Shown here: positions 9,964 to 23,585 of the stretch, one piece after another
Numbering within the stretch: position 1 is the stretch's first letter
Layout of the letters: every line of letters starts with the position of its first letter
The notes under the pieces: generated by a model
The model's database searches: none
The model's input: only the letters and a program-made list of their open reading frames with translations
Told to the model about the DNA's origin: nothing
Translations under genes and position numbers: made by a program
NCBI RefSeq assembly: GCF_006345805.1
Contig: NW_021834160.1
Span: 1 to 54,384, forward strand
Direction: 5' to 3'
Source of the DNA: Octopus sinensis
Lineage: Eukaryota
DNA length: 54,384 nucleotides

Positions 9964-11298
9964 GTATGTATGTATGTATGAATGTATGTATGTATATATG
10001 AATGTATGTATGTATGTATGTACGTATGTATGTATGTATACATGTATGTATGTATGTATGTATGTATGTATGTATGTATGTATGTATGTATGCATGTATG
10101 TATGTATGTATGTATGTATGTATGTATGTATGTATGTATTATGTATGTATGTATTATGTATGTATGCATGCATGTATGTATATATGAATGTATGTATGAA
10201 TATACGTATGTATGTTTGTATATATGTATGATTGTATGTATGTACGTATGTATATATAAATGTATATATGTATGTACGTGCATTCGTATGTATGTATGTA
10301 CGTACGTATGTATGTATGTATTCACGTATGTATGAATGTATGTATGTATGCATATATGTATATATGAATGTACGTATGTATGTATGTATGCATATATATG
10401 TATATATGAATGTATGAATATATACGTACGTACGTATGTATGTATGTATGTTTGTATGTATGTATGTATGTGTGTATGTATGTATGTATGTATGTATGTA
10501 TGTGTGTGTGTGTATGTATGTGTGTATGTATGTATGTGTGTGTGTATGTATGTATGTATGTGTGTATGTATGTATGTATGTATGTATGTATGTATGTATG
10601 TATGTTTGTATATATGTATGCTTGTAGGTATGAATGTACGCATGTATGTTTGCATATATGTATGTATGTACGTATGTATGTATAAATGTATGTATGTATT
10701 GTAGTGTGATGTATGTTGTATGTATGTATGTATGTATTTATGTATAAATGTATTATGTACGTATGTATGTATGTATGTTGTATGTATTATGTATGTATGT
10801 ATGTACGTATGTATGTATGTATGTATGTATGTATGTTTGTATATATGTATGCTTGTAGGTATGAATGTACGCATGTATGTTTGCATATATGTATGCATGT
10901 ATGTATATATGTATATATGAATGTATGTATAATGTATGTATGCATGTATGTATGTATGTGTGTGTGTATGTATGTGTTTGTATGTATGTGTTTGTATGTA
11001 TGTATGTATTATGTATGTATGTATGAATGTTTGTATGTATGTGTGTATGTATGTATGTATGTATGAATGTATGTATGAGTGTATGTATGTATGTATACAT
11101 GTATGCATGTATGTATGTATGTATGTATGTAGTATGTATATATGGATGCATGCATGTATGGATGGATGTATGGATGCATGCATGCATGTATGTATGTATG
11201 TATGGATGGATGGATGGATGGATGGATGGATGAATGGATGGATGCATGCATGTATGTATGTATGTATGTATGTATGAATGTATGTATGTATGTATGTA
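9905..11298. repeat. About 1.4-kb degenerate (TATG)n microsatellite with a TGGA sub-block
   Basis: Direct reading. It accounts for all HTYI/MYVC ORFs in the track. Confidence 0.97.
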
Positions 11299-11553
11299 TG
11301 AGGCGAGCTTGCTGTATCGTTAGCATGTTGGACAGAACGCTTAGTATCATCTCTTCCGGCTCTTTACATGCTGAGTTCAAATCCCGCCAAGGTCAACTTT
11401 ACTCTTTTCATCCCTCCGGGGTCAATAAAATAAAGTACCCATCAAATACTAGGATCAATATGAACGACTTGTCTTCTCCAATGAAAATATTTCTGGTCTA
11501 GAACCCTGCAACGGACCGGTGTTCTGTTCAGGGAGGAATGTTGTTCTCGGCTG

Positions 11554-11642
11554 CTTATGCGCCGGTTATACTTATAACCGTCGGTTACGCTTATAACCGC
11601 TGCTTACGCTTATAACCGCTGGTTATGCTTATGCGCCGGCCT
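11554..11642. repeat. Short tandem array of 19-bp palindromic units
   Basis: CTTATAACCGTCGGTTACG / CTTATAACCGCTGCTTACG / CTTATAACCGCTGGTTATG, bracketed by CTTATGCGCCGG. Confidence 0.8.
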
Positions 11643-11966
11643 TAAGAGTACCAGGATTCAAGAAAAACATTTAAAAACTCAAAATTTAGGTTTTCGAAAG
11701 GTCAGTCGACTCAACAAATTTTGTACTCAACATAGAGACTCTATCGCTTTATTCAGTCATGGGACTGCGGCCATGCTGGGGCACCACCCTCAAACAAATT
11801 GACCCCAGAGTTTATTCGTGTTTATGTTTGGTACTTATCCTATATGTCTCTTCTGTCAAACCGCTAATATCCGGGGTCGTATACAAACTAACACCGGTTG
11901 TCAAGTGGTGTGGGGAGACAAACACAACAACACACGTACACACACACACACGTGCATATATATATA

Positions 11967-12018
<52 letters not shown>

Positions 12019-12022
<4 letters not shown>

Positions 12023-12430
12023 AGAGTGGCTGTGTGATATAGTAGCGTGTTTACCAACCACATGGTTCCGGGTTCAGTCCCACTGCGTGGCATCTTGGGC
12101 AAGTGTCTTCTGCTATAGCCCCGGGCCGACCAATGCCTTGTGAGTGGATTTGGTAGACGGAAACTGAAAGAAGCCTGTCGTATATATGTATATATATATA
12201 TGCATGTGTGTTTGTTGTGACTGTGTTTGTCTCCCTAGCATTGCTTGACAACCGATGCTGGTGTGTTTATGTCCCCGTCACTTAGCGGTTCGGCAAAAGA
12301 GAGACCGATAAAATAAGTACTGGCTTACAAAGAATAAGTCCCGGGTCGATTTGCTCGACTAAAGGCGGTGCTCCAGCATGGCCGCAGTCAAATGACTGAA
12401 ACAAGTAAAAAGAGTAAAAGAGTAAAGAGT
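12019..12430 (+). mobile_element. Full-length SINE family A (an inverted 5' half follows at about 12530-12680)
   Basis: Complete head-microsatellite-body-tail structure. Confidence 0.85.
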
Positions 12431-12460
12431 ATATATATTATATATATATATATATATATA

Positions 12461-12514
<54 letters not shown>

Positions 12515-12812
12515 GGGAGATTGTGGGCTTCCACGCAGTTTCCATCTACCAAATTCACTAACAAGGCATTGGTTGACCCGGTTCTATAGTAGAAGACACT
12601 TGCCCAAAGTGCCATGCAGTGGGACTGAACCTGAAACCATGTGGTTGGTAAGCAAGCTACTTACCACACAGCCACTCCTGTGTGTGTTTGCATGTGCTTT
12701 TGTGACACAGCTATGCCTGCGCCCATCTAATCTGTATTTCAAGCAGAGTGAAATCAGAAACCATAGTAACTGTCAAATGAATCCTTTTGCCTTTAATACA
12801 GTAGAGTGTGAA

Positions 12813-13750
12813 AGGCGGCGAGCTGGCAGAAACTTTAGCACGCTGGGCGAAATGCTTAGCGGTATTTCGTCTGCCGTTACGTTCTGAGTTCAAATTCCGC
12901 CGAGGTCTACTTTGCCTTTCATCCTTTCGGGGTCGATTAAATAAGTACCAGTTACGCACTGGGGTCGATATAATCGACTTAATCCCTTTGTCTGTCCTTG
13001 TTTGTCCCCTCTGTGTTTAGCCCCTTGTGGGTAGTAAAGAAATAGGTATTTCGTCTGCTGTTACGTTCTGAGTTCAAATTGCGCCGAGGTCTACTTTGCC
13101 TTTCATCCCTTTCGGGGGTCGATAAATTAAGTACAGTACGCACTGGGGTCGATGTAATCGACTTAATACCTATCTGTCCTTGTTTGTCCCCTCTATATTT
13201 AGCCCCTTGTGGTTAATAAAGAAATAGGTATTTCGTCTGCTGTTATGTTCTGAGTTCAAATTCCGGCGAGATCGACTTTGCCTTTCATCCTTTCGGGGGT
13301 CGATAAATTAAGTACCAGTTACGCACTGGGGTCGATGTAATCGACTTAATACCTATGTCTGTCCTTGTTTGTCCCCTCTGTGTTTAGCCCCTTGTGGGTA
13401 GTAAAGAAATAGGCATTTCAGAGTTCAAATTCTGCCGAGGTTACTTGGCCTTTCATCCTTTCAGGGTCAATAAATTAAATACCAGTTACGCACTGGGGTA
13501 GATATAATCGACTTAATCCGTTTGTCTGTCTTTGTTTGTCCCCCCCTACCTGTGTTTAGCCCCTTGTGGGTAGTAAAGAAATAGGTATTTCGTCTGCCGC
13601 TACGTTCTGAGTTCAAATTTCGCCGAGGTCGACTTGGCCATTCATCCATTCAGGGTCGATAAATTAAGTACCAGTTACGTACTAGGGTTGATATAATCGA
13701 CAGGCCCCCTCTCCAAAGATTTCGGGCCTTGTGCCTAGAGTAGAAAAGAA
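12813..13750 (+). mobile_element. Head-to-tail multimer (about 5-6 units) of SINE family B
   Basis: Repeated GTATTTCGTCTG...GAGTTCAAATT...TTTAGCCCCTTGTGGGTAGTAAAGAAATAG units. Confidence 0.85.
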
Positions 13751-13776
13751 CACAGTGGGGTGTGATTTGAAAAATG

Positions 13777-14030
13777 AAGGCGCGGGGCTCAGTGCTTAGG
13801 GTGTTGCACCCACAATCCCAAGATCATGGTTTCGATTCCCAGATCGGGCGATGCATTATGTCCTTGAGCAAGACACTGCACTTCACATTGCAGGCAGTCC
13901 GTTCAGCTGCAAATGGGTAATCCTGTCTGTCTGACTGGCGTCTCTTTCGAAGAAGGTGTTTGTGATCTCGGGCAGTTGCATATCCATGGAAACCGGGATG
14001 ATCGGCCATAGGAGTTCTTACCGCTTAAGA
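13777..14030 (+). mobile_element. Diverged tRNA-derived SINE (family D-related)
   Basis: GAAGGCGCGGGGCTCAGTGCTTAGGGTG...GGTTTCGATTCCC head and GTCCTTGAGCAAGACACT domain. Confidence 0.65.
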
Positions 14031-14069
14031 AAGTAATGTCCAGGGATTGTTGTAGTTGTTGTTGCTGCC

Positions 14070-14385
14070 GATGATGATGAGGAGGAGGATGGTTTCAGAT
14101 TTTGGTACAAGGTGATGATGATGGCGATGGTGTTGGTGGTGGTGGTGGTGATGATGATGATGGTGATGAGGGTGTTGGTGGTGATGGTGGTGATGATGGT
14201 GGTGATGATGGTGATGATGGCGATGATGATGATGATGATGGTGATGGTGTTGGTGGTGGTGGTGGTGATGGTGGTGATGATGGTAGTGGTGGTGGAGGTG
14301 ATGATGATGGTGATGATTATGGTGATGATGACGGTGATGATGATGGTGATGATGATGATGATGATGACGATGGTGATGATGATGT

Positions 14386-14429
<44 letters not shown>

Positions 14430-14705
14430 TTGATGATGATGACGATGGTGATGATGATGATGATGATGATGATGTTGATGATGATGGTGGTGATGATGAT
14501 GATGATGATGATGACGATGTGATGATGATGGTGGTGGTGGTGATGATGATGATGATGGTGATGGTGTTGGTGGTGGTGGTGGTGATGATGATGATGGTGA
14601 TGAGGGTGTTGGTGGTGGTGATGATGGTGGTGATGATGATGATGGTGGCGATGATGATGATGATGATGATGGTGATGGTGTTGGTGGTGGTGGTAATGAT
14701 GATGG

Positions 14706-14756
<51 letters not shown>

Positions 14757-14815
14757 GGAGGATGAGGATGATGATGATGGTGATGACGATGGTGATGATG
14801 GTGGTGGTGATGATG

Positions 14816-14846
<31 letters not shown>

Positions 14847-15105
14847 CGATGGTGATGGTGGTGGTGATGATGATGGTGATGAAAAGGAGGAGGACGACGA
14901 CGACGAGGAGGAGGAGGAGGAGGAGGAGGTTGATGAAGACGATGATGATGATGACGGAGAGGAGGAGAAGGCAGAGGAAGAGGTCAACGACGACGACGAC
15001 GACGCTGGTGGTGATGAGGAGGAAGACGGTAACGACGCTGATGATAATGATAACGATATAATGAGATGAAGAGGATGACGATGATGCAGATGATGATGAT
15101 GATGG
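14070..15105. repeat. About 1-kb (GAT)n/(GGT)n/(GAG)n trinucleotide repeat
   Basis: Direct reading. It produces the poly-D/G, poly-M/V and poly-H/S ORFs. Confidence 0.95.
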
Positions 15106-15623
15106 TTTTAAAAAGAGATTCTGCTGCTATTTCTAGATTCCTTGCAGCATCACGAAAAGCAAATCACGATCAGCGACAACACAGATTCTACCAAGCTACC
15201 TCAAAAAAACAAAATGGCTTGGCACCATTCTTCGTTTTAGAAACACTAAGTCACTTCTTAAGCTCGTAGTTCAGTCAATATTTATTTTTATTGCAAGAAA
15301 TATATAAAATAGAATAAAATAGAGGAGTGTCAGTAACCCAGGGTTATAACCAATTTTCACTTTGGTCTGGTTCGAATACAATACACCTTCAAAAACAGGC
15401 GGATATTCTCTGGGGCGTTCGTATTTGTTGTCTAGGAAATGTAGTAACGTTGGATGGTCACAATAAAATGTCTTAATGGCCGACGCAACGAAATATATGG
15501 AGAGTGTGATCATATAAATTGTTGTAGAAAATGTCCATAAACATAGAGAAAATATTTATAAAACATACGGAATGTCTCCATAAATAAATACATACACACA
15601 TACATTCATACACATATACATAC

Positions 15624-15659
<36 letters not shown>

Positions 15660-15749
15660 GTATGGCGTATGGCGTATGGCGTATCCATAAAATATATATA
15701 GCTTGCCCATAAAAAAATCGTATGTTGTCTGTGAAGATTTATAGAGCTT

Positions 15750-16300
<551 letters not shown>

Positions 16301-16651
16301 TAGCTGTGTCTCACGTATTTGTCATATGTATACATTTTACATATCGATCTATTTGTCAGACTATGCATGAATATATCTTATGTATATCTTTTAGTATGCA
16401 ATCTATCCAGTTAGCTAACTATCTATCTACCAGCCTGTTTGTTTGTCTATATACTTATCTATCTATATCTCTATCTATCTATCTATCTATCTATATATAT
16501 ATATATATATCTTATGTATATGCCCTGTGTATCCATTTAGATATACAGTCTATCTGTCATTCTATTTGCTATGAATGTAATTCAGATATCAATGAATGCA
16601 TATATGTGTGTTGAGAAGTTTGTGCGTGTGTGTGTGTGGTATGTATGTACA

Positions 16652-16698
<47 letters not shown>

Positions 16699-16915
16699 GG
16701 TAACTGTCTACCTCTTTTTCTACTTATCTGTGTGCCTACTTATCTATTTCTTTATGTAAAAGTTTTTTTTATGCTATTTATCTCAGTACTTATCGATCGA
16801 TCTATCTATCTGTCTGTCTATTCTACCTTTCAAATACTTTATCTACGTACAAACATACGTACCAGCATACGCATATATAAAGACAAACATATATACATGT
16901 ATGCACGTACATATG

Positions 16916-16948
<33 letters not shown>

Positions 16949-16988
16949 CTATATATATATATAATATTATATAATATATAATATATAC

Positions 16989-17052
<64 letters not shown>

Positions 17053-17112
17053 TATCTATACACACATATACATATATATTTATTTAAATAATATATATAT
17101 ATATATATAATC

Positions 17113-17164
<52 letters not shown>

Positions 17165-17745
17165 CATACATACACACACATCATATACATATGTGCATAT
17201 ATATATATATTTATGTATGTATATCTATGATACATACACATACATAAGCACAAACAGGCAGGCATACGTAGTATGTACATACATATATGCGTACATATTG
17301 ATACGTGAGCATACAAACGACTGTAAACAGCTATCAGGACGTATATAGGCTGGTTCAATTCTATATTTTTCTGACACTAAGCTTCAGATCCGCTGGACGT
17401 AAGTTTAACTCTACGAAACTTTAAGCAATGCACGTTTAAGTTATTTTAACTGTACAGCAGACCCATTATATATACGTGGGTGTGTGTGTGCGTGCGTGTG
17501 TATGTGTGTGCGTGTCTGTGTGTATGTTGTGTGTGTGTGTGCGTGTGTGTGTATGTGTGTGTGTGCGTGTGTGTGTGTGTATGTGTGTGTGTGTGTGTGT
17601 GAGTTTGTGTTCGAGAAGTGATTGTTTGCGTGAGGGTGTCTGTGTGCGTGTTTGCGTGTATGTGTTCTACCCCCCCCCACTGCCGCTTGCTAACCGGTGT
17701 TGGTGTGTTTACGTCGCCGTAGCTTAGCGGTTTTGGCAAAAGATA

Positions 17746-18359
17746 CCGCAGGAGTGGCTGTGTGGTAAGTAGCTTGTCTACCAACCGCATGCTTCCGGGT
17801 TCAGTCCCACTGCGTGGCACCTTGGGCAAGTGTCTTCTACTATAGCCTCGGGCCGACCAAAGCCTTGTGAGTGGATTTGGTAGACGGAAACTGAAAGAAG
17901 CCCGTCGTATATATGTATATATATATATATATGCGTGCATGCGTGTGTGTGTTTGTGTGTCTGTGTTTGTCCCCTAGCATTGCTTGACAACCGATGCTGG
18001 TGTGTTTATGTCCCCGTCACTTAGCGGTTCGGCAAAAGAGACCGATAGAATAAGTACTGAGCTTACAAAAGAATAAGTCCCGGGGTCGAGTTGCTCGTCT
18101 AAAGGCGGTGCTCCAGCATGGCCGCAGTCAAATGACTGAAACAAGTAAAAGAGTAAAAGAGAGTAAAGAGAGAATAAGTACCAGGTATTAAAAAACCAGT
18201 GCGCAGGAGTGACTATGTGGTAAGTAGCTTGCTTACCAACCACATGGTTCCGGGTTCAGTCCCACTGCTTGGCACCTTGGGCAAGTGTCTTCTACTATAA
18301 CCTCGGGCCGACCAAAGCCTTGTGAGTGGATTTGGTAGACGAAAACTGAAAGAAGCCCG

Positions 18360-18409
<50 letters not shown>

Positions 18410-18730
18410 TGTGTTTGTGTGTCTGTGTTTGTCCCCCCAACATCGCTTGACAACCGATGATGGTGTGTTTACGTCCCCCGTCACTTAACGGTTCGGCAAG
18501 AGAGACTAACAGAATAAGTACTAGGCTTACAAAGAATAAGTCCTGGGGTCGATTTTCTCTACTAAAAACGCGGTGCTCCAGCATGGCCTCAGTCAAATGA
18601 CTGAAACAAATAAAAGAAAAAAGGAAAAGAAAGAAAGAAAGAAAAACTGGAATCGATTTCTCTTGACTAAAATTCTTCAAGACGGTGCTCCAGCATGGCC
18701 GCAATCAAATGACTGAAACAAATAAAATGA
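17746..18730 (+). mobile_element. Two consecutive full SINE family A copies plus extra tail fragments
   Basis: Heads at about 17746 and 18200, each ending in the GGCGGTGCTCCAGCATGGCC tail. Confidence 0.85.
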
Positions 18731-18924
18731 TAAAGGATATAATAAATACTGGGATAGATTTATTAAAAAAGATTCCTTCTCCAAGACTATACCCCAGCAT
18801 GGCCGCAATCAGATGATTGAAACAAGTAAAATGACGAAAAAGGAGTTTAAAAAATGGTTAGGAAGATAAAGAACTTGTTGAGCAAGATTTGGTCTTTCTT
18901 TTGGAGTTCTTTACGATTCGAACT

Positions 18925-20325
18925 ACACCCGTCTAACACCCCTGGACATGTTTACAAAGTCAGAAAATAGCACAGCTCCCATGGATCTTTTCGGTTTGAA
19001 CGGCAGTTTTTTCTAGCGGTGTCATATGAAATTGTCACCCATAATTATGACCCTAGTATCGATCTATTGCATTTCAATCTCTTTTAGGGATGGTTAGGGT
19101 TAGTTAGGGTTAGGGTTAGGGGTGGGGGAAGGGTATATTTTTTTCTTCACAAATGTAAATAAACCCAATCGGTTTCTTAAACGAGGGACATATTCATACG
19201 GCACAGAATGTTTTTTTTACCTCAATGGACGTCAGTGATTGTTTGAAATTGCAGAAATTGAAGAAAAAAACCAACAAATATCTTACAAACTTTAGAATTT
19301 TCTCAATAAAGCCAAGAGAAAAATATGTTTTATAAACACATTCTACCAGAATACGAAGTTTAAAAATGTTTAGGTACGTGGAAATTATTTAAAAAAACTG
19401 CCGTTCAAACCGAAAAGATCCATAAACCCAATCTGTTTCTTAAACGAGGGACATATTCCTACGGCACAGAATGTTTTTTTTACCTCAATGGACGTCATTG
19501 ATTGGTCGAAATTGCAGAAATTGAAGAAAAAACAACAACAAATATCTTACAAACTATAGAATTTTCTCAATAAAGCCAAGAGAAAAAGATGTTTTATAAA
19601 CACATTCTACCAGTATACGAAGTTCAAAATTTTTTAGTTACCTAGAAATTATGTTAAAAACTGCCGTTCAAACCGAAAAGATCCGCTCCCATGACTTTCG
19701 GAAACATTTTTTTCACGCTGAGAGTTGCTGAAGTATGGAACAAACTGCCGGCATCAGTTGTTAGTTGAAGTTCAAAACTTCCATGCTTCCTGACATTCGC
19801 CAACACTACACCTGATTTTCTCCCCTCCATACACATGCAAGCATGTATCTGACTCATACACTGTTCGCTTCCCAGACATTTGTACATTACTGCATATACT
19901 TTATACGCACTCTCTGACAAGTTGTGGTGCACCTGAGCACTGTATACAATAATTTCATTATTATTATTATTTAAAAACTCCACCTGTCTAACACCCGTGG
20001 ACATGTTTACAAAGTCAGAAATCAGCACAGCTCCCATGACTTTCGGAAACATTTTTTCATGCTGAGAGTTGCTGAAGTATGGAACAAACTGCCGGCATCA
20101 GTTGTTAGTTGTCGGAGCACTGCATCCTTCAAAACTTCCATGCTTCCTGACATTCGCCAACACTTCACCTGATTTTCTCTCCTCCATACACACACAAGCA
20201 TGTATCTGACTCATACACTGTTCACTTCCCAGACATTTGTACATTACTGCATATACTTTATATGCACTTTCTGACAAGTTGTGGTGCACCTGAGCACTGT
20301 ATACAATAATTTCATTATTATTTTT
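18925..20325 (+). mobile_element. Two tandem CR1-type LINE 3' ends; the first is interrupted by a MITE
   Basis: Translation TRGHVYKVRNQHSSHDFRKHFF.LRVAEVWNKLPASVV fits the CR1 C-terminal motif. Each copy ends in an (ATT)n tail. The second copy begins at about 19975. Confidence 0.8.
18983..19684 (+). mobile_element. GGATC-TIR MITE with duplicated right half; 8-bp TSD
   Basis: TIR GGATCTTTTCGGTTTGAACGGCAGTTTTT / AAAAACTGCCGTTCAAACCGAAAAGATCC. Perfect TSD GCTCCCAT. The empty site is visible in the duplicate at about 20030. Confidence 0.9.
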
Positions 20326-20689
20326 ATTCACGAAGAGATTATAATTAACCCCAAACAATACTTTCCTTTGCTTTAATGAATTCTTTTCGTAACAACGTGT
20401 AACCTCGTGTTTCTGTTAGCATTTATTATTCGTAACCACGGTATATTATTCAGCAAGCATAAGCGATAGGTTCTGAGGGAAAAAATGATTAATAATAATG
20501 ATAATACAGAAAGCAAAATTTGAAGACGAAAGCCTTGAGTTATGTGTTGTAATTTATGGAATTTAGCAGAGATGGGAGAGACCCCTGGTGACGAAAAGTT
20601 ACATCGCTGAAAGAAATTTCTTTTCTTTTTTCTGTTTCTTACTTTTATTTTTTTTTGTGTGTGTGTATGTGTGTGAGAAGGGAATTCTG

Positions 20690-20741
20690 ACATATAAATT
20701 GATGTATGGGAATATATATATGTACGTATATATATATATAT

Positions 20742-20786
<45 letters not shown>

Positions 20787-21322
20787 ATACATACATACAT
20801 ACATACATACATACATACATACATACATACATGTATGTATGTATGCATGTATGTATGCATATATATATATGTGATATATTATTCTATATTGTATTATATA
20901 TTATATATGTATATATATAGATATATATAATATATTACATATATATATATAGATATATATATATATATATATAACATATCTCATATTATATACGTATGTA
21001 TAACTATATATGCATATATGTATATATATGTATATCATATACTGTGAGTGTATATTTATATGCATATTTTATATATATATACATTCATACACTCACACAC
21101 CACACACACATTAGTAGAAAATAGGGATTGAAGACATCCGGATATATATATATATATATAAAACAGACGGACGTATAGATAGATTTACATATTTATATAT
21201 GTATGTATATAAATGTATGTGTGTTTGTGCGTGAGTGAGGATATATATATATATATATGTATCTATATATGTACATGTGTATGTGTAGGTGTGTGTATAC
21301 ATATATATGTACATATGTATGT

Positions 21323-21361
<39 letters not shown>

Positions 21362-21470
21362 TACATACATACATACATGCATACATACACACACACACTC
21401 ACACACACACATACACACACTCATTAGTATACATGTCTCATTTAAATATATGAATATGTATGTCTGTGAA
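20690..21470. repeat. Compound TA/TACA/CA low-complexity tract
   Basis: Direct reading. Confidence 0.9.
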
Positions 21471-21884
21471 AGTCACTGCGTATAAATGTTGGCGAGGGGG
21501 GGAGCCTCTTGTGTATATCATATATCATATACACATATGAGAAATGCTAGGAAGAGAGAGATGGTGGGGGGGGGGAAAGAAAGAAAGAAAGCAAGAAAGA
21601 AAGGAAGGAAGAAACAAAGACCCAGACACATACACATACTTGCATACACACACACTCACTTACACACACAAATACATACATACATCATTTTTAAGGAGAA
21701 CCTTCATATTTTTTCTAATTCTTTTTTGACCTTTAATGCTGTCAATTTCTAAAATCCTTCCGTATTTGAACCTACTTTCCTTATCAACTTTCTTAATATT
21801 CTCAGGCAAAGATAAACAAAATAGAGCGAAAGAAAGTGTAAGGAATAAAAAGGAAGAAGAAAAAGTTCAATAATTCGATAGTTA

Positions 21885-22255
21885 AGTTAAGTTAATTTTT
21901 TGGCTCAAAAAGCAAAAAGCAAGGCCGTGTAGGGGGACATGGAGTTATGTACAGGGAGGGTGTTCATGCAAAGAGTTCAGGCCATTTCTGATCAAGAAAG
22001 ACTTTGAACCGAGCGGTCGTCGGCATCTTCACTATCTCGTCCGGCAGCTTCTTCCACGGATCCGCAACCCGGACGGAGAAAGCCCCTCTCCTTCGATTGA
22101 GATGAAATCGTCGCAGATAGAGCTTTTCGGAGTGACCCCGCAGCCGACGCTCTGGAGCAGGAGTGAAGAACAGCTTTTTCGAGAGGTTACACTTTCCGCT
22201 TATGATGTTGTGAGCAAGAATGAGATCACCACGGCGTCTTATATCTTAGGTTCAA
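21885..22255 (-). mobile_element. CR1-type LINE 3' end
   Basis: Minus translation RRRGDLILAHNII...RLRGHSEKL...FSVRVADPWKKLP, followed by a (TTAAC)n tail. Confidence 0.8.
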
Positions 22256-22344
22256 AGTTCAATAAATCAGTTGTAGGATAGACGAGAAGAGAGTTAGTTG
22301 AATCTAAGGTCTCATAATTAGTTACTACCATAACTTTCACGTGT

Positions 22345-23170
22345 CGTAGGTTATATATATATATACTTGGAAAAGTATGCGTGACGTTCGATCATGTAAT
22401 AATATAAATAATATATAAATATATGCATATATACATACATATATGTACATACCTACATATGTATGTATGTATACATGCATATATGGGTACAGGACATCAA
22501 AAAACCGTTGAACACAATGAGAAACGAAAACATAAAAACAAAAACATGGAAACGAACCTTTTTTCGAACAACGAAAAAATACAGAGAAACGAGACATACA
22601 ACATAAAGAATATTTCCTTTCTTCGGTTGTCCCTGTTTCATCTACTCCACGTTTCGAAGGCAAGGACAAGACGCGACTTCGTTGAAACAATCCTTCCCGC
22701 AAAGAAAACTAAATAAAATTTGGGATTTTTTGCGGAGGATGAAATTGATAACAAGAACAGGACAGTGAGAACAAAACAGTAAGAACAAACCGTGAAGGCT
22801 GTTAGGTCAAGACGATAGAAAAATTATTAGGAATGCGTTCCCTCTCTCTCACTCCTCCTCCTCGACTCTCTCGTCGCTGACACTTTCAGCCCACAATATT
22901 CGTAAAGAAAAGCGTGCTTATACTGTCTCCTTCATAAGCTCGTCTTCCTCGCGTTCATAATAAGTTTTCTATCGTCTTGGCTTAACTGGATATTCGTCGC
23001 GTACAGTGTTCCTAGTCAATTAAATAACCGTCGCAGTCGAAATAAATAAATAGACAAAATTCTTTCAGTTATATAAAAAGTTTTTTTTAAATATGGAAGA
23101 TCCTTCATACAAAAATATTATGTCTATTAACGTCTGTTCTTACCGCACAGCGACATTTATTTACATCTAC
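22345..23170. repeat. Unclassified interspersed repeat; its left part recurs inverted at about 23905-24160
   Basis: GGGTACAGGAC...GTTGAAC.CAATGAGAAACGAAA block is found in opposite orientations at the two sites. Confidence 0.6.
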
Positions 23171-23179
23171 ATATTTTTT

Positions 23180-23550
23180 TCTTCTTTTACTTGTTTCAGT
23201 CATTAGTTTGCGGCCATGCTGGGGCACCACCTTCAAGAATTCTTAAGCGAATGAATGGACAGCAGGGCTTATTTTTTTTAAAGCCTAGTACTTATTCTAT
23301 CGGTAACTTTTGCCAAACCGCTAATTTACGAGGACGTAACCACACCAACACCGGTTGTCAAGTGGTGGCAGGAGACAAACACATACATATATACGACGGG
23401 CTTCTTTCAGTTTCCGTCCACCAAATCCTCTAACAAGGTTTTTGTCAGCCCGACGCTTTAGTGAGAGGAAGTTGCTTAAGATGCCTCGCTGTGGGACCGA
23501 ACCTGAACCATGGTGTTGAGAAGCAAACTTCTTACCACACAGCCACGCCT
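23180..23550 (-). mobile_element. Diverged SINE family A
   Basis: Tail TTTTACTTGTTTCAGTCATT...GCGGCCATGCTGG and head ...CCACACAGCCAC. Confidence 0.75.
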
Positions 23551-23585
23551 CTTTATTTAAATACATGTAAGTAAATATTTATATA

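Noticed and set aside
9708-11501. 491-aa HTYI-repeat ORF and overlapping MYVC ORFs
   Set aside because: These are translations of a (TATG)n microsatellite.
11554-11642. CRISPR-like appearance of short palindromic repeats
   Set aside because: There are no unique spacers and no cas genes, and the context is eukaryotic.
14025-15061. Long ORFs encoding poly-Ser/His (320 aa), poly-Asp/Gly (319 aa) and poly-Met/Val
   Set aside because: All derive from a GAT/GGT/GAG trinucleotide repeat that lacks stops in several frames. There is no unique domain and no splice context.
15656-15683. (TATGGCG)4 heptamer repeat
   Set aside because: It is a short slippage product at the edge of a TA microsatellite with no other support.
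19084-19122. TTAGGG repeats as a sign of a chromosome end or fusion
   Set aside because: They are only a few units long and always internal to the MITE family.
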